From Candidatus Omnitrophota bacterium (GTDB lineage: Bacteria > Omnitrophota > Omnitrophia > Omnitrophales > JACROU01), in the NCBI GenBank assembly GCA_029261035.1, contig JAJDCD010000008.1:230882-294881 (forward strand): 64,000 nucleotides of DNA. Direction: 5' to 3'. Shown here piece by piece: positions 17,737 to 27,892 of this stretch. How positions within the stretch are numbered: position 1 is the first letter of the stretch; every line of letters begins with the position of its first letter. Made by a program: the position numbers and the translations under genes. A model generated the notes under the pieces. The model was not told the origin of the DNA and did not search any database. It worked only from the letters and a program-made list of their open reading frames with translations.

Positions 17737-19095
17737 ATGGAAATTGGAGAATTAAAAATAGCATTAGATACCTTATGGGTTGTCTTTGCTGGAGTTCTAG
17801 TATTCTTCATGAATGCTGGGTTTGGTATGTTGGAAACAGGGTTTACTCGGAGTAAAAACTGCGCCAATATTCTATCAAAAAACTTCATCGTTTTTGCTGT
17901 TTCAAGTTTGGCTTTTTATACAATAGGTTGGGGCCTAATGTTTGGAGACGGAAACGGTCTATTCGGAACTCAAGGACTTATCGGTTTAAGTGGTTTAGAT
18001 AATAGTCCTGCAACAGGAGATGAGTACTCAGGAGTTTACGGGTCCATTAACTGGAGCACGATTCCATTAGAAGCAAAGTTTTTCTTTCAACTCGTATTTG
18101 CAGGTACTGCAGCCACAATCGTATCTGGAGCCGTTGCAGAACGCGTTAAATACGTTTCATTTATTGTATTCTCATTCTTGCTTGTTTCTTTCATCTATCC
18201 TGTCGTAGGTCACTGGATCTGGGGCGGTGGTTGGTTAGCAAACTTAGGAATGTGGGATTTCGCAGGTTCAACCGTAGTTCACTCTGTTGGTGGTTGGGCT
18301 GCACTTGCTGGAGCACTTGTATTAGGACCTCGTTTTGGAAAATATATCAAAAATAAAATTAGTCCAATTCCTGGACACAGTCTACCTCTTGCAACCATTG
18401 GTTGTTTTATACTTTGGTTAGGTTGGTTCGGATTTAACCCAGGATCTACCATGGCAGCTGTACCAGGTGACATTGCTCACATCTTGTTAACCACAAATAG
18501 TGCTGCAATTGCAGGTATCCTAGGAGCAACAATCGTATCTTGGATTTTCCTTGGGAAACCAGACTTAGGAATGACACTTAACGGTTGCTTAGCAGGTCTT
18601 GTTGGAATTACAGCTCCTTGTGCTTTTGTTTCAATCCCTAGCGCACTTTTAATTGGTTTTATAGCAGGAATTATCGTTGTAGGTTCTGTCATCTTATTTG
18701 ACCGAATTAAAGTAGACGATCCTGTAGGTGCTATTTCTGTTCATCTTGTTTGTGGTATCTTCGGAACCATTGCAGTCGGACTATTCGCGCAAGATAGCGT
18801 TGCTCCTGGAACAACAGGAAACGGTCTATTCTTTGGCGGAGGAACCACCTTACTTACAGCACAATTAATCGGCGTTGCTTCTGCTGGTGCTTTCGTATTC
18901 ACACTTTCAATGATTATTTGGCTCTCTATCAAAGCAATTATGGGTGTTAGAGTTAGTCTTGCTGAAGAAATCGAAGGTTTGGATATTGGAGAACATGGAA
19001 ATACAGCTTACCCAGAAATTGTTGCCAAAAACCAAGCTCATTCAGCATTAGGTTTAGGCAGAAGAAAAAGCATCACTGAAAAGGTTGGAGCATAA
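17737..19095 (+). CDS. amt: Ammonium transporter (Amt family)
   Basis: 452 aa, about 11 TM, Amt-like motifs; followed by P-II gene; AAGGA RBS. Confidence 0.9.
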   Translation: MEIGELKIALDTLWVVFAGVLVFFMNAGFGMLETGFTRSKNCANILSKNFIVFAVSSLAFYTIGWGLMFGDGNGLFGTQGLIGLSGLDNSPATGDEYSGVYGSINWSTIPLEAKFFFQLVFAGTAATIVSGAVAERVKYVSFIVFSFLLVSFIYPVVGHWIWGGGWLANLGMWDFAGSTVVHSVGGWAALAGALVLGPRFGKYIKNKISPIPGHSLPLATIGCFILWLGWFGFNPGSTMAAVPGDIAHILLTTNSAAIAGILGATIVSWIFLGKPDLGMTLNGCLAGLVGITAPCAFVSIPSALLIGFIAGIIVVGSVILFDRIKVDDPVGAISVHLVCGIFGTIAVGLFAQDSVAPGTTGNGLFFGGGTTLLTAQLIGVASAGAFVFTLSMIIWLSIKAIMGVRVSLAEEIEGLDIGEHGNTAYPEIVAKNQAHSALGLGRRKSITEKVGA

Positions 19096-19127
19096 GCATT
19101 TGCTTTTCAAATAAAGGAGATTGAAGA

Positions 19128-19469
19128 ATGAAAAAAATTGAAGCAATTGTCAGACCCGAAAAACTAGATGATGTCTGTCAAGCCTTACAAGACGCTGGAT
19201 GTCCTGGAATTATGATCACAGAAATTGAAGGTCACGGACTTCAGAAAGGCATCAAACAAAAGTGGAGAGGTGAAGAGTTCACAGTGGACTATTTACCAAA
19301 AATAAAGATCGAAACAATCGTAGATGACGGAGAATTAGACGGTATCTGCGACACAATCACCAACGCCGCTTTTACAGGTGAAGTTGGAGACGGAAAGATC
19401 TTTATCTACGACGTTCAAGGTGCAATTCGCATCCGCACCAAGCAAAGCGGAATGGCAGCCATAAGTTAA
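19128..19469 (+). CDS. glnK: Nitrogen regulatory protein P-II
   Basis: 113 aa; P-II signature MKKIEAIV...; T-loop region; immediately downstream of amt. Confidence 0.9.
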   Translation: MKKIEAIVRPEKLDDVCQALQDAGCPGIMITEIEGHGLQKGIKQKWRGEEFTVDYLPKIKIETIVDDGELDGICDTITNAAFTGEVGDGKIFIYDVQGAIRIRTKQSGMAAIS

Positions 19470-19563
19470 TATCCATTCCTAAATTCGATCCACCAGCCCC
19501 AGACGACATGTTCCCCATACATGAAATCTGGGGCTACCCCATCCAATTAATTTTCAATTAGAA

Positions 19564-19590
19564 GTCATTGCGAGCGAAGCGTGGCAATCT
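19564..19590. repeat. Truncated copy of GTCATTGCGAG-type palindromic element
   Basis: GTCATTGCGAGCGAAGCGTGGCAATCT shares terminus and GTGGCAATCT core with element at 1200-1311. Confidence 0.45.
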
Positions 19591-19611
19591 TTAGTTTTTT
19601 CTGAAAGTTTA

Positions 19612-20283
19612 TTACGAAACGTTTGATAACTGAGAGGCGTCAAGATCCGAAGTTTTTGACTGCGAAGAGTTACTACTTATATCTTTAACACAAAATAAAA
19701 TATCAGAAATCCAAGGCAATCTAAATGAAACATAAGACAACTCTACTATATTCCAAAGACGGCTAGGCCAAAGCTTAGAACCCAACCCAAAGCATCTATA
19801 ACCTAGCTTCTTAAAAGTTTTAATTTTCCACCAAGACAAATGAGCCTCATGAGGATTAAATCCCGACTCATCCTCTACCCCACCTCTTAGATCTAATTTA
19901 TTAGGCGTTGATAGCATCACTCTTTTTCTGGCGACTCGTTCCAGCTCACTTAAAAGCTTAAAACCATCCTCCTCAGGCATATGCTCTATAATTTCCATAG
20001 CAATAATCGTATCAAACGAATTATCTTTAAAAGGAAGTCTCATCGCATTAGATTGAGTCAATAAATTATAAATAGAATGTTTATTCAGACGTGCAAGATT
20101 GGGAGAGTACAAATCAACACCAGCCACAAAAGGCTCTCTCATAATGTCCCCATTTTCAGTGTTCCAAAAGTACTTCTTTGCCAAAAACCCCCATTTTCCG
20201 TACCCACACCCTACATCAAGCACAGAATCCCCTACTATCCTAGGGATAACCACATGATCTAAACTCAATGGACTTGTCGACAT
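19612..20283 (-). CDS. Class I SAM-dependent methyltransferase
   Basis: Motif I VLDVGCGYG and downstream acidic/motif II residues; 223 aa. Confidence 0.7.
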   Translation of the reverse strand: MSTSPLSLDHVVIPRIVGDSVLDVGCGYGKWGFLAKKYFWNTENGDIMREPFVAGVDLYSPNLARLNKHSIYNLLTQSNAMRLPFKDNSFDTIIAMEIIEHMPEEDGFKLLSELERVARKRVMLSTPNKLDLRGGVEDESGFNPHEAHLSWWKIKTFKKLGYRCFGLGSKLWPSRLWNIVELSYVSFRLPWISDILFCVKDISSNSSQSKTSDLDASQLSNVS

Positions 20284-20508
20284 AACGACTCCTATAATTC
20301 GGTAAACAAAAATAACATTATAACTTATTAAGGAATACTGAATATAGATTATTTTTATACATATTTAATTGTATATTTTAATCTTATTTTAAGTAATTTA
20401 ATATAATATTAAATTAATACTATATTTTATACAATTTTTAATTGTACTTGAATAACCTTTCTGTTGATGCTACCCTTTTGCTTAAGTTCATTTTAAGGAG
20501 AAATTTAA

Positions 20509-21786
20509 ATGTATAGAAAAATTCATGAAGATCTCTTAGAGAAGAATCAATCTCAAAGAAAACTTAATATAGGATCTGCTGTTCGGCAATACATGAGAAA
20601 CAAAAGAATCAGCATGAAAGATTTACTTAAAAAAACAAAAATAAATGAAAGCACAATTAAAAATATTCTTCACTATGGAGAAATGAATACGAGTCAGAAA
20701 AACTTCACAAAATTAGTAAAAGCATTAGGCGTGTCCGTTGACGAGTTCATTCTTACCGCGAGAGAAACCTCCGAATCCAATTTATATATTTTAAAAAATA
20801 ACTCTGCCCCCATTTTTAAATATGATGGCTATGAAGTTGAGTCACACTCTCCTTCTCAGTTTTCACAAAAAGACTTCATCCTCTCTCTTATCAGAATAAA
20901 CCCAAGAGCTTCTATTAACCACATAAAGTCTGAAGTAGGCATGGAACCTGTTTGCTGTTTTATAGTCAACGGACACCTTAATGTTAATTATAATGGAAAA
21001 ACACAGCATGTTCACACAAATCAATCTTTTATTTTTGACCCAAATCATAAACACAGTTTTAGAAACCCTGCATCATCAGGAACTACAGATTTCTATATCT
21101 TGTTTAGATTAAACCCGAAATCAGAAGAAAAAGAACAAGAAGCAAAACCGACTTTAGATGAATTCTCAGTCTCAGATTTAATTCAACAAATTAGAAAAGA
21201 ATTATCTCCGCACACCAATAAAGCTTTACCAACACCTTCCCTAGCAGCACTATCAGGGATAGATGCAAACGCTCTTAACCACCTTCAGTTTAGAGAAAAT
21301 AAAGTAATCCCTTTTGACAAGCTTGAACTTCTTGCAAGCACAACAGAGAATACTTTTGAACAAATTATACAAAAGTCTCTAAACACTTATAAGGGTTTCT
21401 TCCATATATATACAGATGAAAATAAATTTAAAATTGATCTTTCATTAAGATATGGCACACAATTCACTAGCCATACTCAGCTGGGAACCTCAAACAAAAG
21501 TTTCACAATTGCAGACATCACACTCGACCCTTATCGAATAGGCTTTCCTAAAAAACAATGGCAATTCAAAGCCCCAGGCTTTATGGCTATTAAAGTAGAA
21601 AGAGGTATTGTTGGACTTCAATATGGAAAACAACCTTTAAAAAAATTGGAATGGGGAGATTCCGTCTATCTAAATACTGATGTAGGATTTACATTAGAAA
21701 ACTTGATCCCTATTGAAAAAGCAAAAGAACTGGAAGAGTCTGCAGAACCAAAAGCGATGCTATTTAGTTCCCCCCCTCTTTTTTAA
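20509..21786 (+). CDS. XRE-family HTH regulator with tandem HTH-cupin architecture
   Basis: N-terminal HTH_XRE-like segment (ISMKDLLKKTKINESTIKNIL...LGVSVDEFI) followed by cupin-like beta region; second HTH-like plus cupin-like unit in C-terminal half; convergent with the sensor-kinase operon. Confidence 0.55.
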   Translation: MYRKIHEDLLEKNQSQRKLNIGSAVRQYMRNKRISMKDLLKKTKINESTIKNILHYGEMNTSQKNFTKLVKALGVSVDEFILTARETSESNLYILKNNSAPIFKYDGYEVESHSPSQFSQKDFILSLIRINPRASINHIKSEVGMEPVCCFIVNGHLNVNYNGKTQHVHTNQSFIFDPNHKHSFRNPASSGTTDFYILFRLNPKSEEKEQEAKPTLDEFSVSDLIQQIRKELSPHTNKALPTPSLAALSGIDANALNHLQFRENKVIPFDKLELLASTTENTFEQIIQKSLNTYKGFFHIYTDENKFKIDLSLRYGTQFTSHTQLGTSNKSFTIADITLDPYRIGFPKKQWQFKAPGFMAIKVERGIVGLQYGKQPLKKLEWGDSVYLNTDVGFTLENLIPIEKAKELEESAEPKAMLFSSPPLF

Positions 21787-21787
21787 G

Positions 21788-22561
21788 CTACTTCTTTATT
21801 TCTCGTTCCAACGATCGAGCTAATTGATTTAGAGAATCCAAAGAGAATGGTTTTGATAAATACTTTCTCTCACCAGTCTCTTTCTTCAACCGATCTCTAA
21901 ACTCCTGATGATCTTGAGCTGTCATTGCAACAATAACAACATCAGGGTTCAGTGCCTTAATCTCATTAATTAACCAAAAACCATTCTTGTCTACTAGAAT
22001 AATATCGACAAGCACACACTCGGGTCTCATCTCATCATAGAGTCTCAACGCCTCTTTAGCAGAATTTGCTACATAACAATTAAAACCTCGTTTCTCAAAA
22101 ACCTCACTCAACAATTCTGTAATCTCAACTTCATCATCAACCAAAAGGATATTTCCTCTACCAACTGTTTCAACTTCATAGGATTTATTCTCCAGTTGAT
22201 TTAGTAGCAACTCAAAATCAGAAGAGGTAAATGGCTTTTCCAGAACCTTATTTAAGAGACCTTTTTGAATAAGCTGTTCAAGACCCTCCCCAAACTTACT
22301 TAAATTACCTGTCATAGCAATCACTGAAACTGTTGGGAATCGGCTATTAATATCGGCTAAAAAAGCCAAAGAATCCAACCTGGGCATATTTAGATCAACA
22401 AAAATATAACTTGGATCTCCCTTATCCAAAAGCAAAGGAATCTCTTTATAATTAACCACCTTAATGACATCAAAGTTGTTCATACCTAAAGTAGTATCTA
22501 ACGAGTCTACCAAATTAACATCATCATCAATCACAACTGCTAATTTCTTTTTTCTTGCCAT
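21788..22561 (-). CDS. Response regulator with two receiver (REC) domains, no output domain
   Basis: Two CheY-like modules each with acidic pocket and conserved Asp (VVIDDD...FVDLNMP; LLVDDE...LVDIIL); 257 aa. Confidence 0.75.
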   Translation of the reverse strand: MARKKKLAVVIDDDVNLVDSLDTTLGMNNFDVIKVVNYKEIPLLLDKGDPSYIFVDLNMPRLDSLAFLADINSRFPTVSVIAMTGNLSKFGEGLEQLIQKGLLNKVLEKPFTSSDFELLLNQLENKSYEVETVGRGNILLVDDEVEITELLSEVFEKRGFNCYVANSAKEALRLYDEMRPECVLVDIILVDKNGFWLINEIKALNPDVVIVAMTAQDHQEFRDRLKKETGERKYLSKPFSLDSLNQLARSLEREIKK

Positions 22562-22573
22562 AATCTTCTCCTT

Positions 22574-22942
22574 TTAAAGCAACTCACATACTTTTTTATA
22601 TATCTCATCTGGTTGAATCCCAGAAGGTTTTAGAGCATAATGAGAAATGCCAGCATCAAATGCTTCTTGCTTTAGATTCTGATCCACATATCCTGTCATT
22701 GCTATAATTTTAGCATCAGGATAGATTTCTCGACACTTTTTAATCACATCAATCCCCGTGGTTGATGTTGAAAGCCTTAAATCAAAAACATAAACATCAA
22801 ACGAATATTTTGAAAATATTTCAATAGCACTTTCACCGGTTAACGCTGTTTCGACTTCAAACTCTCTTTCAAGTTTCTCTTTAATAAAATCACATATTTC
22901 TTCCTCATCATCCATAACGAGTATTCTTTTATTTCCCATCAC
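22574..22942 (-). CDS. Single-domain response regulator (CheY-like receiver)
   Basis: 122 aa; ILVMDDEEE, phospho-acceptor region VFDLRL, conserved Thr/Lys positions (IIAMTGY, ALKP). Confidence 0.8.
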   Translation of the reverse strand: MMGNKRILVMDDEEEICDFIKEKLEREFEVETALTGESAIEIFSKYSFDVYVFDLRLSTSTTGIDVIKKCREIYPDAKIIAMTGYVDQNLKQEAFDAGISHYALKPSGIQPDEIYKKVCELL

Positions 22943-24569
22943 TGTCCCCCAATGGTAGTGATATTCTGAATGTCACTCCTGGCTTATTTTCTTTTTTAAT
23001 TTCAATTTTTCCACCATGAATATCTTCGATAATGTGCTTGCAGATAAAAAGCCCCTGCCCTTGCCCAGACAGATTAACATCAGCGATCACATATCCCTTA
23101 GTAGTAAATCCCTGCACCCAAATATCCTCTTCTATCTCCCTCTTAATCCCTGGCCCAATATCAGAGAATTCAATCTCAGCTTCTCCTTCGTTCTTAGGAT
23201 TTTTTCTAGCATAAATAATTATCTTTTTCTTACGATAAGGCTTCATTGCCTCAATGGAATTTTTAATCATATTGGTAAATACCTGTATCAGTTGTTCAAT
23301 GTTACCGTTAACCACCAAATTGGGCTCAATATGCTCTTCCACATTCAAGTTTAGAGCATCCTCTGTATCAAATGTAAGAAATCTTTTTGCCTCCAAACAT
23401 TCCTTCCATAAGATCCTAAAATTCAGAGGCCCAATCTCCCCACTTTCTCCTTCTTCCAAATTAGTTAAAGTTCTAACAGCTACTTCAATTCGTTTTCCTG
23501 ATCTATATATCCTTTCAGCCTTATCTTTTATTTTTTTCAAATTATCCAAAACTACATTCTGTTCTTCTAAGTCAGAATCTGTCATTAAGCTCTCTTTGTA
23601 ATAAGATTCTAACTCTAAAACAGCTTCTTCGCTCAAGGTATTAGAACGAGCCAATAACCATGCTAGTGGATTATTGATTTCATGCCCCATCGCCTTTGCC
23701 ATACCGTCTAAAACACCCCTCTTCTCAGCCAAAATTAACTCTGTTTGCATATCTTGAAGCATCCTATTCTTTGATTCTAATTCTTTATTACTATTTTCAA
23801 TTTCTTCCCTTTTATTGACGGCTTGGTCATAAAGCCGAGCATTTTCTATAGCTATCTCTGACTGTTGAGCTAAAATAGAAAATACTTTTATTTCTTCTGC
23901 TTGGTATCGTTTTCCAGACTTTTTTTCCCCTAGAAAGAAGACGCCTCTCAATTTAGAGCCTTCTGCCTGTCCACGGCTTGTTTTAAAACTAGGAATAATA
24001 AGCATTATCTCATTCTCTTTCATAAATTTCTCTATGTCAGCAACTTCAGCATTGTAATTTATCTGGAGTAAATTCCTATAAGAAATATATGTTTGATATT
24101 TATTAATATATTCCAAAACATTACATTTTAAAACACCCCCAACAACTCCTCTGCTTGCTTCTAAAGTAAGTTCTCCACTCTTTTCATCGCGCACATAAAT
24201 TTGAGCCGATTTAATTCTAGCCCATAGACATAATATAAGAACCAGAAGATTGGAAACCTCGGACAAACTCCTTACTTTAGATATTGCCTGTCCCGCTTTT
24301 TGAAGAAACTTTTTATGATTAAAGTCTTCCCTAAAAACAGTATTCTCTACCCCATAGGTAACACCCCGTTTAATTGGGTAATAAACCAACATCGCAAAAA
24401 TAACTCCAAACCCCATAAATATATTACTATTTACTATGGCTTTATCTCCAAGAAGAGCCAACGTAAGTTCAGCAACAACAACCCCCATACCTATGATAAT
24501 TAAAAACAGTAATACAAATATGAGCACTGATTTTATATATCTATTTAAATCTGTTATTTTATATTTCAT
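22929..24569 (-). CDS. Sensor histidine kinase (2 TM, GAF-like, HisKA, HATPase_c)
   Basis: H-box MAKAMGHEINNPL, G-boxes in C-terminus (GQGQGLFICKHII); N-terminal TM pair; overlaps neighbours by 11-14 bp. Confidence 0.85.
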   Translation of the reverse strand: MKYKITDLNRYIKSVLIFVLLFLIIIGMGVVVAELTLALLGDKAIVNSNIFMGFGVIFAMLVYYPIKRGVTYGVENTVFREDFNHKKFLQKAGQAISKVRSLSEVSNLLVLILCLWARIKSAQIYVRDEKSGELTLEASRGVVGGVLKCNVLEYINKYQTYISYRNLLQINYNAEVADIEKFMKENEIMLIIPSFKTSRGQAEGSKLRGVFFLGEKKSGKRYQAEEIKVFSILAQQSEIAIENARLYDQAVNKREEIENSNKELESKNRMLQDMQTELILAEKRGVLDGMAKAMGHEINNPLAWLLARSNTLSEEAVLELESYYKESLMTDSDLEEQNVVLDNLKKIKDKAERIYRSGKRIEVAVRTLTNLEEGESGEIGPLNFRILWKECLEAKRFLTFDTEDALNLNVEEHIEPNLVVNGNIEQLIQVFTNMIKNSIEAMKPYRKKKIIIYARKNPKNEGEAEIEFSDIGPGIKREIEEDIWVQGFTTKGYVIADVNLSGQGQGLFICKHIIEDIHGGKIEIKKENKPGVTFRISLPLGDSDGK

Positions 24570-27500
24570 ATCTTTTCCCTAAGGGTAAACAAATAATAAA
24601 ACAAGCCCCTTCATTTAAATCCTCATCCAAACTTATCTTTCCCTTGTGAATTGTTTCTACAATATGCCGACAAACATAAAGTCCTTGCCCTAACAACCCT
24701 GACTCCCCCACATCAACCTGTTTCGTTGTAAAATCTTTTTGCCATATTTGATGACGCAGCTCTACAGGAATTCCTTTTCCATTATCCAGAAATCTAATCT
24801 CCAAATATCCATTTTTATTATCTTCCTTAGCTGATACTGAAATTCTTTTATTCTTCTGTTCCCGCATAGCCTCATAAGAGTTTTTAATTAAATTATTAAA
24901 AACCTGAACCATGTTTCCCATATTTCCCATAACCATAGCATCAGAAGGAATAGTTGCACTAAATTGACAATTCCCCAATGTCTCATCGTACATAGAAAAC
25001 CGACTCGTCTTTAATGATTCATTCCAAACACTACCAAATGAAATTGGCTCCAGCCCACCTTTACTACTTTTCATCAAATCTGTTAATATTTTTACAGCTA
25101 GCTCTATCTGGTTCCCCGATCGATCCATCCTCATACAAAGATCCTCAATCCCCCCTAATTTCTCTTTAAATACCCTTAAAGGCTCTTCTCTAAGCCCATT
25201 GGGGGAACTCGATAAAGAATTGCGTATTTCCCTTAAATCCTCTTGTAAAATACCACTTATTCGGGCCCGTGCGATAGCCAACGGGTTATTTATCTCATGC
25301 CCCATCGCTTTTGCCATATTCACCATAGTATTCGTTTTTTCAGCAATAATAATCTGAGCCTGTTTTTCCTTAATCTTAGAGTTAAATTCTTCAAGTTTAA
25401 TATGATTTTTCTCAAGATCTTCAGTTTTCTCAAGCACTTCATCCAATAGCACCGCATTTTCAACTGCTACAGCCACACCATGAGACAACGTAAATAAAGT
25501 ACTAACCTCATCAGCAGAGTAATCTTCATCTGACTTTTTCTTCCCTAATGCAATAATACTATTCAAAATAATCTTCCCACTTTCATCTACTCTCATGCAG
25601 GGTAATAAGAGATCTGCCTTAAGCTCCTCCATTAAGAGCATAATTTCGTGATAGTTATAATCTTCATAATGCTTTTTCTTATCTTCCTGAAAAACATCTC
25701 TAAATCTAATCGGCAATCTCCGTTCAAGAAAATATTTTATTACCGAATGAGAGTGAAACAACTCTAACTTAGAAAAAGCAGAACCTTTTCCTCGCACAGC
25801 CGAAACAACAAAAGATTGTTTTGTTTTACTTCGAAATAGAAATGTTGCATTATCAATTCGAGTGCCTAATGTAAAAACGGTGACAAGCTGACGGGATAAA
25901 TCATTTAAATTCCGAACCCTTGAGATCAAATGACTCACATTTGAAAGCAACTGACCAAAATCATATTTTCTCTGGAACAAAAATCGATCCGTAACATGAA
26001 CCAACAAATTTCTGACGGGTTCATAAATTACTAAAATTATCAAAATGCTTAATATGATAGGCATGCCCTTTACATTCTCAAAGGAATAAAATCTCACTAT
26101 GTCAGCAAATTTAAATGAAGAAAACCAGATCAAGGTCACCGTGAGAAAAAAAATAGAAGTAAACACAAGTGTTTTTTTAATAAAAATAGCTATATTCATT
26201 AACTGATAACGAAGAATTGCATAAAAAATCAAAGCTAAAAACATTACTACAAACACGAATCCTATAGGATAAAAAGAATAGCCATAATTTACTAAAAAAT
26301 CACTGCTAGATAAAAAGTAAAAGACCAATGCAATTAAAAGATAATAATTTTGATTTCTTAATCTACAATCTATTCTTTCACGAATAGTTTTAGTCGTGAT
26401 TAAATATAAACATCTCAAAAACATAACAACAACATACACAATGAATAAAAGATGAAATATTCCACACTGAGGATACACACCCCACAATTGCTCATAATAT
26501 CCTTTAATAAATCCCTTTGTTGTAATCAAGAGCAAAATAAACACTGCAGGTATAATTATTAGCTGTCTTGATATTACAATATCTAATCGGCTACCTGAAT
26601 ACTCTGAGAAGAACCTATAAAAATAGTAAGGAATTAAAATTATAAAAACATACCCTGCTTTTATAATATAAATTATTAAAATTGGATTATCTAGTGGAAT
26701 CAATACTCCCCAAGTGAATTGCCAAAAAAAAGTTACGAAGCATATACAAGAAAAGTACTCTCCTATTTTATCTTTTCTATTAATTAGAACATAAATTCCA
26801 AGTCCTAAACTTATGAAGGAAGAAATTAAAGGAAGCAATGCATATATAGTGATTTTGTGAAAATTAGTATTTATAGCAATAAATAGCAAATACAAGAATA
26901 GAGAAAAAATTAATGAAAAAACAATAGTCCTTTTTAGGTAATAATTTACCCCAAGAGCTCTGTGCCTTACTATTACATAAGCCATAATAGCTACATAAAA
27001 GGATATAAGAATGTTGGAATAAGGGGGGAAATATATATCAAATGCTGGCAACCAATTACTGCCACCACCAATATATCCAATCAGAGTCGCAAAAAATATA
27101 TATTTTATTTGAAGAGCTTTCTCTCCACTTTTTTTTATAACATAAATACAGAGCAAACTTAGACCTATTACAGCCTGCAAAGCCCAAAATACTATATACA
27201 AAAAAAATAATGGGTTTTCTTTTGCTGATGGCCAATATCCCCATCTAAAATAACTAACAACATCAAAAAGAATTAGTTTAAAATTAAGAATCAGAAAAAT
27301 AAAACAAACAACATCATTAATAATTAAATATATTATATATTTATTTTTTTGTGAAGTTAAAGATATGACAAAATGCAAAAACATGGAATTGATTAAGATA
27401 ATTCCACCTAACAAGATTTGATAAGACCTCATCCCATCAGAAACATTCTTAGCGATACCCCAATAAAAATACCCATAATTGTATAAAGCAATTGCAAAGC

Positions 27501-27618
27501 AAAATAAAACGAAAAATAAAATTTCAGGATTTGTTTTCTTAGCTTTCAATAAAACGAATAAAGCAATACCTAAAGTTAATACTAAATTAATAAGTCCTAT
27601 CCAAGAAATTATAGTCAC
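24559..27618 (-). CDS. Sensor histidine kinase with very large polytopic N-terminal sensor (about 17 TM)
   Basis: 1019 aa; roughly 550-aa hydrophobic N-terminus, then GAF-like region, H-box MAKAMGHEINNPL and HATPase_c (GLLGQGLYVCRHIVE). Confidence 0.85.
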   Translation of the reverse strand: MTIISWIGLINLVLTLGIALFVLLKAKKTNPEILFFVLFCFAIALYNYGYFYWGIAKNVSDGMRSYQILLGGIILINSMFLHFVISLTSQKNKYIIYLIINDVVCFIFLILNFKLILFDVVSYFRWGYWPSAKENPLFFLYIVFWALQAVIGLSLLCIYVIKKSGEKALQIKYIFFATLIGYIGGGSNWLPAFDIYFPPYSNILISFYVAIMAYVIVRHRALGVNYYLKRTIVFSLIFSLFLYLLFIAINTNFHKITIYALLPLISSFISLGLGIYVLINRKDKIGEYFSCICFVTFFWQFTWGVLIPLDNPILIIYIIKAGYVFIILIPYYFYRFFSEYSGSRLDIVISRQLIIIPAVFILLLITTKGFIKGYYEQLWGVYPQCGIFHLLFIVYVVVMFLRCLYLITTKTIRERIDCRLRNQNYYLLIALVFYFLSSSDFLVNYGYSFYPIGFVFVVMFLALIFYAILRYQLMNIAIFIKKTLVFTSIFFLTVTLIWFSSFKFADIVRFYSFENVKGMPIILSILIILVIYEPVRNLLVHVTDRFLFQRKYDFGQLLSNVSHLISRVRNLNDLSRQLVTVFTLGTRIDNATFLFRSKTKQSFVVSAVRGKGSAFSKLELFHSHSVIKYFLERRLPIRFRDVFQEDKKKHYEDYNYHEIMLLMEELKADLLLPCMRVDESGKIILNSIIALGKKKSDEDYSADEVSTLFTLSHGVAVAVENAVLLDEVLEKTEDLEKNHIKLEEFNSKIKEKQAQIIIAEKTNTMVNMAKAMGHEINNPLAIARARISGILQEDLREIRNSLSSSPNGLREEPLRVFKEKLGGIEDLCMRMDRSGNQIELAVKILTDLMKSSKGGLEPISFGSVWNESLKTSRFSMYDETLGNCQFSATIPSDAMVMGNMGNMVQVFNNLIKNSYEAMREQKNKRISVSAKEDNKNGYLEIRFLDNGKGIPVELRHQIWQKDFTTKQVDVGESGLLGQGLYVCRHIVETIHKGKISLDEDLNEGACFIICLPLGKRYEI

Positions 27619-27746
27619 ACTTTGCTCCCTATAGGTTCAGAATAACTTTAAACCATATCTTCCTTTGGATCAACACATAGGTATGCGATTAATTTTTACA
27701 TGGGCATTATGTAAGTGGTAATTTATGAATTCATTGTAAAACCTAT

Positions 27747-27824
<78 letters not shown>

Positions 27825-27892
27825 ATAATTATGAAGGGCGTGTATTTTAATAGATTAAGTAAGATATTGGAAGAAATTTTTATATTTATATT

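Noticed and set aside
18279-18932. Three minus-strand ORFs antisense to amt
   Set aside because: Embedded in a highly conserved transporter gene; Pro/Ala-rich translations typical of antisense frames
23016-23601. Plus-strand ORFs antisense to the 546-aa histidine kinase
   Set aside because: Fully overlapped by a kinase gene with clear H-box and ATPase motifs
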